Assembly (NCBI GenBank): GCA_951406725.2
Contig: OX597831.1
Span: 50,158,001 to 50,222,000 of the forward strand
Reading direction: 5' to 3'
Length of the DNA stretch: 64,000 nt
From: Octopus vulgaris
Lineage: Eukaryota
In this document: in pieces, positions 53,450-64,000 of the stretch
Layout: every line of letters begins with the position of its first letter
How positions within the stretch are numbered: the stretch's first letter is position 1
Position numbers and translations under genes: made by a program
The notes under the pieces: generated by a model
What the model was told of the DNA's origin: nothing
Databases searched by the model: none
Seen by the model: only the letters and a program-made list of their open reading frames with translations

Positions 53450-53795
53450 TGTGTATAGAAAAAGAGATAGATAGATACACACACTTATATCACACAAACT
53501 CACACACACATGTATGGCATATTTAGAATAGCATTCACTTTTGTATACTTCTTAATCGAATCATATCTTTACTTATAAAAAAATATTTATCTTGATGTTG
53601 ATGACCACTAAGCAAAATTGTCAGAGAACGAAAATGAAAACTGTCATCGCTAACCAAAACGATGCCATTATAAAACAGCTTTCAATAGAAACCACCGGAG
53701 AGAATTGAAAAAGGAGGAAGATCGAAAAAACTTCATGGTGCAGTGCATTTTGTAACCGATGTGAAAAAATCACATAATTAAGTGCAGAGAAAATC

Positions 53796-53881
53796 GCAGC
53801 CAAGAGAAACCAGTGGCAGCCAACACAAACCAGTGGCAGCCTACACAAACCTATGGCCACCAACAGAAACCAGTGCAGCCC
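53796..53881 (+). repeat. 20-bp minisatellite, ~4 copies
   Basis: Unit gcagccaacacaaaccagtg and variants. Confidence 0.85.
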
Positions 53882-54621
53882 AATATGCTCGAGAACACAG
53901 AAGGGACTGACGCTGTTAACTGGCACTCCGCCGGTTACGACGACGACGAGGGTTCCAGTTGATCCGACCAACGGAACAGCCTGCTCGAGAAATTAACGTG
54001 CAAGTGGCTGAGCACACTACAAACGCGTCTATCCTTAACGTAGTTCTCAGGGAGATCCAGCGAGAAACATGTAAAACATTTGAAAGACAAGGATGGCCAT
54101 TTTGCCAGCTGAGTGGACTGGAGCAACTTGGGGTAAAGAGACTTGCTGAAGGACACAACTCATCGCTGGGGATTAAACTGATGACTATATATTAAGTGAC
54201 GTTACTCTACTCTTCTTTTCACTGCTTTTCCGGTGTCCAACATTTTTTGTACTCTTTTAAATTCTTTCCGAAACGAAAGTATATATAATTTTATTGTTTA
54301 TAGCGGCTTAAGTGTATATTACTGGATTTACTCTTCTCAAACGGACTATGTAACAATTTCAAAATACCGTATCACTGCTGTAGGAATTCAAATCAAATGG
54401 AAAGCCTATACAGGTTCACTTGTCAGGAAAATATATCCCTGGACATGTTTAACCGAGTTTTCTCTACTGCAAACATCTAAACCAAGATTCTTGTCTAAAA
54501 ATAGCCCGTGAGTCTGTGTTTTTTAATCCCCTTTTGCTAACCTATAACTCTATATCTCTGTAAGAGTGGTTAAACATGATAGTAATTTAACATTTTGAAA
54601 ATAATAATATTAGTTTTAAAT

Positions 54622-55055
54622 TTTGGCCCAAGGAATGCAATTACGGTGGAGTGGTGTAAGTTGATTACACTGACCCCAATGCCCAACTGGCTCTTACTCG
54701 ATCGATCTGGGAAGTATGAAAGGAAAATCGACCTCAGCGGAAATTGAACTCAGAACGTAAAAACGGACGAAATGCTGCTAAGTATTTTGCTCGGCGTGCT
54801 AACGAGTCTGCCAGCCCACCGCCTGACAATAATAACAATTGTCTTTTCTAATAACGGCACAAGGCCTGAAAGTTTGGAGTAGAGGAGTGATTGATTATAT
54901 CGACCCAGTGTTTCACGAGTATTTAATTCATTAATCCTGAAAAGATAAAAAGCAAAGTCGATCTCGTCTGAATTTGAACTTAGAACGTAAAGACGGGCGA
55001 AATTCCGCTAAGCATTTCGTCCCGCGTGCTAATGAGTCTACTAGCTCACCACCTT
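54622..55055 (-). mobile_element. Two SINE family B copies head-to-tail
   Basis: Units ~54622-54824 and ~54855-55055. Confidence 0.8.
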
Positions 55056-55854
55056 GAGGAAATATGATGTTGAAAAGTATAATATAAAAAGAAACTCTCG
55101 AAAATTACATCCACGAATCCTGGTGATTAACTATTCCAATATTTTAGCATTTTACACATGTATTTATGACATCCTGTTAATCTGCTTTCACAGGCAAAAG
55201 TCTTAAATGTCTACATTTTAGTCTTCTTAAATTTATAACATTTCAAATTGAAATAGCTTCAATCACACATGCTACGAAGATATATTTTTGGACACCCATG
55301 GTGGTTATTTTGAATTTATTTCAAATAATTGATCGTTGGGGGAAGACTATTTCCATGTTTTAACCAAATATTATCTCTCCACTTCATATTTGAATGAAAT
55401 AATGTAATGTTATGGTGTACATAATCTGTTAAATAAGAAATTAAATGAGATTTTTTAACAGTTATTGAAAGACCACTTATGTAGCCGTGGTTGACTGCCA
55501 GAATGGGAAATCACTATCAATATCAAACGACATTTTAAACATTAATTGTAATTCCCTAATGAGAGCAGTATAATTTCAAAGCAATCTAATCTGACAATAA
55601 TGGCCGGAGGAGAGCCGAATTTATTTTATCAACGATAAGATTATGAAATAAAAAGCAATTATTAAAATCATTAACTGCATGCAATGGAAATAAATGTTGA
55701 TTAGGATTGCTGTCATAATGCAGTTATTTCATATGATGTTTAATTAATTTTGAAATCTTGTTAAAATGACTAAATTCCATTTGATTTTACAAAGAGACAA
55801 TAATCTTTGTATTTTGATATAAGTTAGTGAAGTTTAGAATAGGCAAAGGAACGT

Positions 55855-56121
55855 GAGCGTGGCTATGTGGTAAGTAGCTTCCGGGTTCAGTCCTACGCAT
55901 TCGGCAAGTGTCTTCTATTACAGCCTCAGGCCAACCCAAGCCTTGTGAGTGGAGTTGGTAGAGGGAAATGTGGTATATATATATATATACAGGGTGTCCC
56001 CCAAAAATGTATACACACCTTAAATAATTGTAAATTTGTTATTCTTTGTAAGCCTAGTACTTATTCTATCGTTCTCTTTTGCCGAACCACTATGTGTATA
56101 CATTTTTGGGGGACACCCTGT

Positions 56122-56168
<47 letters not shown>

Positions 56169-56370
56169 TGTGTGTATGTGTGTTTGTCCTCCCTCCACCG
56201 CATGACGACCGGTGTTAATCTGTTTACGACCCCATAGCTTAGCGGTTCGGCAAAAAACCGGTAGAATATTACCAGGTTTTAAAAAATTACTGGGGTCGAT
56301 TCATTCGATTAGAAGTTCTTCAAATCGGTGCCCCAGCATGGCCGCACTCCAGTGACTGAAACAAGTAACA
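55855..56370 (+). mobile_element. SINE family A carrying a MITE in its internal (TA)n
   Basis: Head gcgtggctatgtggtaagtagc; tail ccccagcatggccgcactccagtgactgaaacaagtaa. Confidence 0.8.
55990..56120. mobile_element. Tc1/mariner-type MITE with perfect 28-bp TIRs
   Basis: TA|cagggtgtcccccaaaaatgtatacaca ... tgtgtatacatttttgggggacaccctg|TA. Confidence 0.9.
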
Positions 56371-56944
56371 GATAAACGTTAAACGGAACACACCTCCCAT
56401 TCAAGCTTATAATTGAATAAAAAGAAGTATTTAGCAAAATCCCTGTAGACGTCCAAATCTCTACAGAATCAAGCATAATGTTGCGCGTTCCTGAACTGCA
56501 CCAGGAAGGCAACCAGCTGGCGGACTGTTACAGCATAGAAAAAGACTTTGCGCTGCTTCTTTTGACACTTAGTTCAGAGGTGGAGATTTTCATTGATTTT
56601 AATCCTTTCGGAGTTGATACACAAAGCTGCCAGCCACATACCGGAGTGGGTGATACTGACTAAGCCCCTTCCCCTCAAAATTGCCAGCTGTTCGTCTTGA
56701 ATTAGAAACTATTATTTAGTCATGCCACTCTAAGTGCTTCATACAAATTCTACTGAAATCATTTTTTCTTCTCCATCATTTCGTGTTCATAAATTAATTA
56801 CAGTACACAACTAAGAGAGCTATAATCCAGGATTTCTATATATATTTGTGTCAGAATTTTATTGCAGTCTGTAGTATTAAATATATGAATCACTCTTATC
56901 TTAGAGAAATTGTATTGTCCTGCAGATATTTTTTGTGAATGTAT

Positions 56945-57350
56945 ACTCTTTTACTCTTTTACTTGTTTCAGTCATTTAACTGCGGCCATGCTGGAGCACC
57001 GCCTTTAGTCGAGCAAATCGACCCCAGGACATATTCTTTGTAAGCCTAGTACTAATTCTATCGGTCTCTTTTGCCGAACCGCTAAGTTACGGGGACGTAA
57101 ACACACCAGTATCGGTTGTCAAGTGATGTTGGTGGTGGGGGGCAAACACAGAGACACAAACGCACGTATACATATATATACATATACATATATACGACGG
57201 GCTTCTTTCAGTTTCCGTCTACCAAATCCACTCACAAGGATTTGGTCGATCCGATACTATAGTAGAAGACACTTGCCCAGGTGTCACGCAATGGGACTGA
57301 ACCTGGAACAATATGGTTGGTAAGCAAACTACTTACCACACAGCCACTCC
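56945..57350 (-). mobile_element. SINE family A
   Basis: Near-complete copy with a (tactcttt)n-like tail on the + strand. Confidence 0.9.
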
Positions 57351-57464
57351 TATATATCTATTGCCGATTTATTTCTAGTAACATTTTTCACTTTGACATA
57401 ACTCATATTGGTTATTTATAATTGACCAACATAATTTGTCCAAATAATTATTCTTACTCAATTG

Positions 57465-57862
57465 GACCGACAGTTTTGAAGGGAGAGGGATATGTCTGTT
57501 GTATCATCCCCAGTACTTCGTTGGTGTTCTTTCTATCGACCACGAAAAGATGAAGTGCAAAGTGAAGTCGGCGCGGAATTTGAACTCAGATTAAAATGTG
57601 CTTCTTCCGATGTCCCAACCATTCTGCCAGCTCGCCGCCTAATTTGCACGGATAATATTGATGTCAAATTCTGGCACAAGGCAAGAAATTTCGGGCAAGG
57701 GGTAAGTCAATAACATTGAGTTCAGTGTTCAACTGATACTTATGTTATCAACCCCGAGGGAATGAAAGGCAAAATAGACATCGGCAGATTTTGAGCTCCG
57801 AACGGACGAATACCGCTAAGCATTCTCCCCAGCGTGCTAACGACTCTGCCAGTTCGCTGCCT
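57465..57862 (-). mobile_element. Two diverged SINE family B copies head-to-tail
   Basis: Units end ctgccagctcgccgcc (57640) and ctgccagttcgctgcc (57861). Confidence 0.75.
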
Positions 57863-59237
57863 AGTTTGCACAAATAACATAAATCATGGACAAATAAGGC
57901 TGGATATGTAGGGAAAGAATCTGGTGGAAATGCTGTTCAAACTATCATCAAACAACTGGGTTGCCTCAACTAAATATTAAGAATATCCAAACAGATTAAT
58001 TTCTTTAGAAAACAGTGACGCCGCTCTATAAATTAATGTTAAACCTTATTAATAGAAATAATGAGAGGTCGGTATTGTTTTCTCTGATTTAGATATTATT
58101 TGATGCAGAAAACATATGTACTATAAAAAAATTACTAGACTTCCTTGTGGCTGGAAATCTTCCCTTGTGTCCTATGTTACTAGTATAACAAAACTTGCTT
58201 CCTAGAGACTAGAATCTGAAATTGCTATGACTGTGTACGTTTGTTTGAGTTTGGGTGTGTATATTTGTACTTATTAATATATTTCTTCTACAGTGCTTGT
58301 GCTTCTATGTAGTTGTGGTTACGACTTCGGTTTTACTTCATTTCTTTGGGCTATAAACTATTTTGAAGTATGCCTGAGAAAAGTGTGATTAAAATTGAAA
58401 GGTACCTATACTTTTATGCGAGGTCTTAAGATAGTTTAACCCTATTTGAACTTTACTGTTGTTCAAAAGTATTTCTTGGTTTAATATTTATCTCTAGCTG
58501 TCTGTTCACCATTTAATCAATACAAACTAACACACACAAAGACACACACAAACACACACAAACACACACACACACATGTATATATATAGTATATTTTACT
58601 CTTTCAAGCTATTGCTCTTTATATTTACCTTCTTTCCATCCATTCCAGTTATTTTTAACTTTAAGAATAATAATTAATTCCTTACATTTCTATCTAACAC
58701 CTTAATAGTTATGAAACAAAATATATTTAGTTGTGTCTGGGGAGAGGCATTTTCTTTTTGTGCCTTATAATGTGCCTTATACTCACCGGTAAAATTACCA
58801 CTTTTTTCTTATTTTTATTTTCCTAAAATCTTCGTTGCGTCTTGCAACCTTTTCAATAGTTTTAACTCTGTTCGTTAAAATGACTCTCCCCAGACAAAAC
58901 AGAATATGCTTCAACATACGAACCTTGCAAACCAAATCCAAAAACAAAATAAAATATATTTACTTTCACTGACCAGACCGACCCAATTTTATCTAGTTTC
59001 GGCCTTCCATGTATTGTATATATAAAGAGAAATTTATGTGTGTATACTTAGAATTGACTCGGTGTAACCATGTTGTCCTGGTTATTTGATGAGCTAGCTC
59101 TGTCACACAGACATCTATGTCTCTGCTTATTAACTGCTAATTTTATGACACATATCGAAAAAATTTAACCATTAACGTAGAACGTTAATGGTAAAAATAT
59201 ATTTCATTTTGTTGAGAGAGAGTTTTACACACAAGGT

Positions 59238-59301
<64 letters not shown>

Positions 59302-59984
59302 ATATGTGTATGTTTGTATGTGGAAAATATGTTATATACCTCTGGGAATTAGAATTTTAAAACAGTTGGTATTAAATGAATATAATAAAATAATAACTCA
59401 ATTTTTTAATCCCCAAGCATAAAAATATTCCTGTGTAAGAAATCTATTTATAAAAATAATCTTGTGTATCAAAATCACTGATAATTAAGATAAAGTAATT
59501 AATTGAAGTACATCTAAATTTCAGAACTTTAAGGGATACATGGCCACAAATCATATAATAGAAAAGCCAGGTTAACAGCTGCTATCCTACGCTTTATTTT
59601 TAAATGTTAACATATATACTAAATACTTGAAATTCCAGAAATAGTGAACTACTGAACGATATTACATCCTGTATTGTTTCTCCCCTTGAAGGTGTTTCTT
59701 CAAATTCGTTCCGTTTTGTGCTAACAATGTTGGTAAATCACGTCCCGATAAATTTAGTTTTGTATGAACATCGTCATTTATTAATCTCCATGTTTTCTTC
59801 CGGTACGAAGCCGAAAGAATCCGATAATGATTTATTCAAGTCGGACTGTATTATAAAAATTATTAAAACGTTTTTAATCCCTGATGCATCTTGGTACATG
59901 CTCATACCAGTTCTCTGTTACTTCATATTGGTATTTACGACATAAGAGCTAATATAGATACACACACACTTCATCATGGCGGCG

Positions 59985-61370
59985 CTTGTATTTTTTTGTG
60001 CAAGTCTCTCACATCCACTTACCATGTGGGTTACATCTTACACACTTCCACAGAGTGTGCATTTCTGGGCGTCAGAGTTTTTATAGATGTTATACTTCAC
60101 TGAACTGGTAGAGAGAGCCTGGTCTTGTGCAGCAATGATCAGAATTTCGGTGGTACGCTGCAAATCACCTCGCTCAAGCCATGCCCAAGAAGCTTTATTA
60201 TCCTTAACGTCCTGTGTATTCCTTTCGAATTGTCCATGCATTCTCATTTCATGAAGGTCTTCTTTTCTCTTCTCTTCAGCTCTTTGGTCAAACTCTTCCT
60301 CGCCCATCATTTCATCTGCATTTACACCCATATCTTTCGCAACATATTGCAGCTGTTCTTCATCACTATTTATCAATGTCTTCCAGCTCCAATGGGTAGC
60401 TATATTTTACAAGTATTTGTACAGTTAACTGGCCAAAGCATCCTACATTAGTTTCCACATGACCGAAGACGCGATATTGGCCAAAAGTTGGATGAAACAA
60501 ACGTTTCTCCTTTCAGGATCCCTGGCGCATAAAAATGTCTTTCCTTTTGTCATCCAGCTGGGTACTGCATCTTTCTGCAAGCACTCATCTAGTAATGACG
60601 CTATCCTTTCATGGAACCTTCTCAGCTTCTTCATCGGATAACCTTGGGCCCCACCCGGGCCTGGGCTCTTCCAATTTGGGAGTTTTAAAGTGCTTTTTTA
60701 ACATTTCTGTAGTTTTCTTTGCCTTCTAGACCTATATTTCTTAACCTATTTTGGATTTCATGCAGCCATTCCCCTTCATCATTATGCTCTACACGTTGGT
60801 GCCGGATCCCTCTCCAGAATGCTCTGCTTTCCTCTGTAACTGGTATCATTGTTACGTGTAATTGCCCATCTAATTTCTTTTGATTAACTTCAAACAATCT
60901 GTTTTCCCTGAATTGTTTAGTTCTAATGTCATATCTTTCCATTTTTGCTTTGATTGCAACTACTCTTTGTTTCAATTCTTCTAGTATCACATCATAACCT
61001 TTATTTCTTATTCTATATGTTCTTTCCAGCATTATTCTTATGTTTTTGTTCTGCAATTCCAATCTACTCATTCTATCAACTTGTCCTAAATGTCTTTTTA
61101 ACTTTATTTGTTTCTCAAAAATTCGTCTAAGACAGAATGGTTCTTTACGTTTTATTTGTTCTCTTCTTTTTTATCCTCTCTATCTGCAGCAACCATAGCA
61201 GCAGCCCAAATAATCTTGTTAGTTTCAGTTATTTTTCTCGTCTGGAATAGCCCAAATACTGAATCTATCATTTCGGTTTCAATTTTGAGCTTGTGTCGAT
61301 CAGTATACCTCAGATTAATGGGTGCTTGATTCTGGTCTTCTCTAATATATTGGCTCAGCATCCTCAATAT
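59985..61370 (-). pseudogene. R4/Dong-clade LINE fragment with internal deletions
   Basis: ITETNKIIWAAAMVA; LEELKQRVVAIKAKMERY..QFRENRLFEVNQKKL; VPSWMTKGKTFL; MHGQF..SWAWLERGDLQRTTEILIIAAQDQALST..KCTLCG (CCHC lead-in). Confidence 0.85.
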
Positions 61371-61389
61371 ATCTTATCATCATCGTAAG

Positions 61390-61497
61390 CTTCTTCTTCT
61401 TCTTCTTCTTCTTCTTCTTCTTCTTCTTCTTCTTCTTCTTCTTCTTCTTCTTCTTCTTCTTCTTCTTCTTCTTCTTCTTCTTCTTCTTCTTCTTCTT

Positions 61498-61583
<86 letters not shown>
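61390..61583. repeat. (CTT)n followed by (ATT)n microsatellite
   Basis: Directly visible. Confidence 0.95.
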
Positions 61584-61584
<1 letters not shown>

Positions 61585-61900
61585 GAGCTAGAGAGCAGTG
61601 CATGCCCTCAAGTGACACTGGGGTGAAAATATACAAAGCCCAGTATACCCATCATGTCTACTCGTCTAATAAGGGTAGACTGTGCACATGCATCACAATC
61701 ATATGTGCGCGACATGGTGCTCTCATATCAAGATAAACAGGGCATGACCTTGTAGGTGGGGGCCCAGTTAGAATTTTCTTCAGGTCGAGTAGCACATCCC
61801 GCTCAAAAGGTCCCTACATAAGGCTTGTTTAAGGATGATGAACAAAACACCCATGTTTCCAGAGGTGAATTGTCCAAACTGCAAAGAATTCCTCTCAACA
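61585..61900 (-). mobile_element. Unclassified non-coding interspersed repeat ending in an (AAT)n tail
   Basis: Higher-GC block whose minus-strand 3' end runs directly into (AAT)n; only one copy in the window. Confidence 0.4.
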
Positions 61901-62573
61901 CCGGGCAAAATGTTTAGCGATATTTCGTCGGTCTTTATGCTCTCAGTTCAAATTCCGCCGAGGTCAACTCTGCCTTTCATCCTTTCAGGGTCAATAAATT
62001 AAGTAAAAAAAAAAAAATTCGGGCCTCGTTCCTAGAGTAGAGAAGAATAATGAACTCAGAATTTTCCATTCTTTAGTTCATATGATACGTATTTCATTCA
62101 ACTAGGAACTGCCGCAATTTCTTGGGGAAACATTACTAAAAATGACTTGTGGTATTTAATGGTGTTACAACATTTCACAAACACAAGCTCGCTGTGGTCA
62201 ACTTTGTCTTTCATTCTATCAATGTTGATAAAATAATTACTAGTGAAGGAATTGGTTAGACGTAACATATCACATTCTTTTCTCAAACTATCCAACATTG
62301 TGTCAGCCATAAAAATCAATATTTTGTCCAGAAATGAAGTGGTGTATATAAAACGGTGAAAAACAAGAAAATCATAAAATATTTAATCTCGATCTGATTT
62401 TTCGAATGATTACGACGTCAACTGAGTATTTCATTCAATCATATCTTCAACTTAATTCAATCAACTATAATATCGTGTCAACATTTGTGGTTCTACATTT
62501 CTCATACAGATGCTAAAATTGTCTGTTAGTGAATATATGAATATATGTTTACTTACATACATGTATATATATA

Positions 62574-62642
<69 letters not shown>

Positions 62643-63280
62643 ATACATATATATAGATATATATATTATATATTATTATATATATATATTATATATGTAT
62701 ATATATTATATATATATATTATATATGTAGATATATATCTATGTATATATTATATGTATATGTATATATATATTCAATATCCATTCATACACACACACTC
62801 GTGTGTGGATGTGTGGGTATGTCTGTGTATGTGTGTAAACTATATCATATGTACTTCTACGTTTGATACTGTATTTTACAATACAATGCGACAAAACCTC
62901 GGCCTTGGGGAAATTAACGAATACGAATACCTTAGCAGACATTAATATAGCCGCGTTATTTTCTCAACGATTTTCTCGATAATTTAAGTTGATATACACT
63001 TTTCCAACAATAAAAATCGTTTGAAGATATCTTGAAATAGCAATTTTTGTTTTCTAGAATCATATCTTTTGCATTAATTTGCTAGTTTCTCTTCCAAGCA
63101 ATATCAAGGATTTTGATACACTAGATTATTTTTATAAATACATATCTTACACAGGAATATTTTTATGCTGGGGGATTAAAAAATTGAGTTATTATTTTAT
63201 TATATTCATTTAATACCAACTGTTTTAAAATTCTAATTCCCAGAGGTATATAACATATTTTCCACATACAAACATACACA

Positions 63281-63345
<65 letters not shown>

Positions 63346-63679
63346 CATACACTCACACAAATATTTATACATATATAAATATATACGCATACACTTACAT
63401 AAATATACACACATACACTCACATATCTGTATATATAAAAGGCAGGATGTATGTGTGTGTACGTGAATGTAGCTTATGCACATCCACAAATTAGCACGCA
63501 TGTCACTCCAACTTTAGGAGGACATTCGTGGGTTTTGTCAACTTATTTTTTTCTCGAGGCACACGCGGATAGGGGTAAAAATCTACTTTCAAACACAGAT
63601 TTTACCAATTCTGATGTTTGCTAACATGAGTTAAGTTCCTTCCTGCCATACCCAAGTGAAAGTGTGTGTGTGTGTGGGG

Positions 63680-63820
63680 GGGAGAAAAGTTGTGTGTTGA
63701 TATATATGTGTGTGTATGTGTGAAGGTGAGAGAGAAGTTGTGTGTTGATGTATGTGTGTGTGTGAGGGAGAGAGAGAAGTTGTGTGTTGATGTATGTGTG
63801 TGTGTGAGGGAGAGAGAGTG
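63680..63820 (+). repeat. ~42-bp tandem repeat, 3 copies
   Basis: Unit gagagaagttgtgtgttgatgtatgtgtgtgtgtgagggaga. Confidence 0.8.
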
Positions 63821-64000
63821 CTTGACAGCGTCTAACAAAACAAGTAAAGGAAAAGTATGTGTATGGGGATAAGGTAAAGAAAATTGGGAGAGAGTTTGAC
63901 TGTGTCTAGCAAAAAAGTTGAAGACAAAGTGTGAGAGAGTGTGTGTGACAGCATTCATCAAACATAAAAGTGTAAAATTCTTTGGTTTTTTTTCTTAAAC

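Larger units (their letters stand above)
59302..63283. mobile_element. ~4-kb element with ~180-bp terminal inverted repeats, embedded in (TA)n, with nested LINE and SINE insertions
   Basis: 59302-59483 is a near-identical reverse complement of 63102-63283. Long (TA)n lies immediately outside both ends. Confidence 0.75.

Noticed and set aside
53796-53881. Short regularly spaced repeats as a possible CRISPR array (also 37622-37690 and 63680-63820)
   Set aside because: Contiguous tandem units without unique spacers, eukaryotic context and no cas genes.

Overview
AT-rich, microsatellite-dense eukaryotic DNA. The tRNA-derived SINE families, the R4/Dong LINEs in (TAA)n and the abundant Penelope and mariner debris resemble an Octopus (coleoid cephalopod) genome; this is recognition from memory, not a database result. 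The window looks intronic or intergenic. There is no intact transposon ORF, rRNA/tRNA gene or CRISPR array, and most ORFs in the track are microsatellite artefacts. Recognisable content: Penelope-like element (PLE) fragments (ORF N-terminus, RT, GIY-YIG), four R4/Dong LINE fragments, a Gypsy pol fragment, decayed mariner/Tc1/DD37D elements and MITEs, a stack of non-autonomous Helitrons and many SINEs. Two patterns stand out. (1) A recurring class of fold-back (inverted-repeat) elements, mostly next to microsatellites, whose arms carry degenerate minimal hammerhead-ribozyme-like cores; several are tied to PLE coding remnants. (2) A non-repetitive 227-codon minus-strand ORF at 44.1-44.8 kb whose stop overlaps (ATGA) the start of a short putative coding exon ending at a GTAAGT donor. 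Coordinates were read by eye and element edges are approximate.
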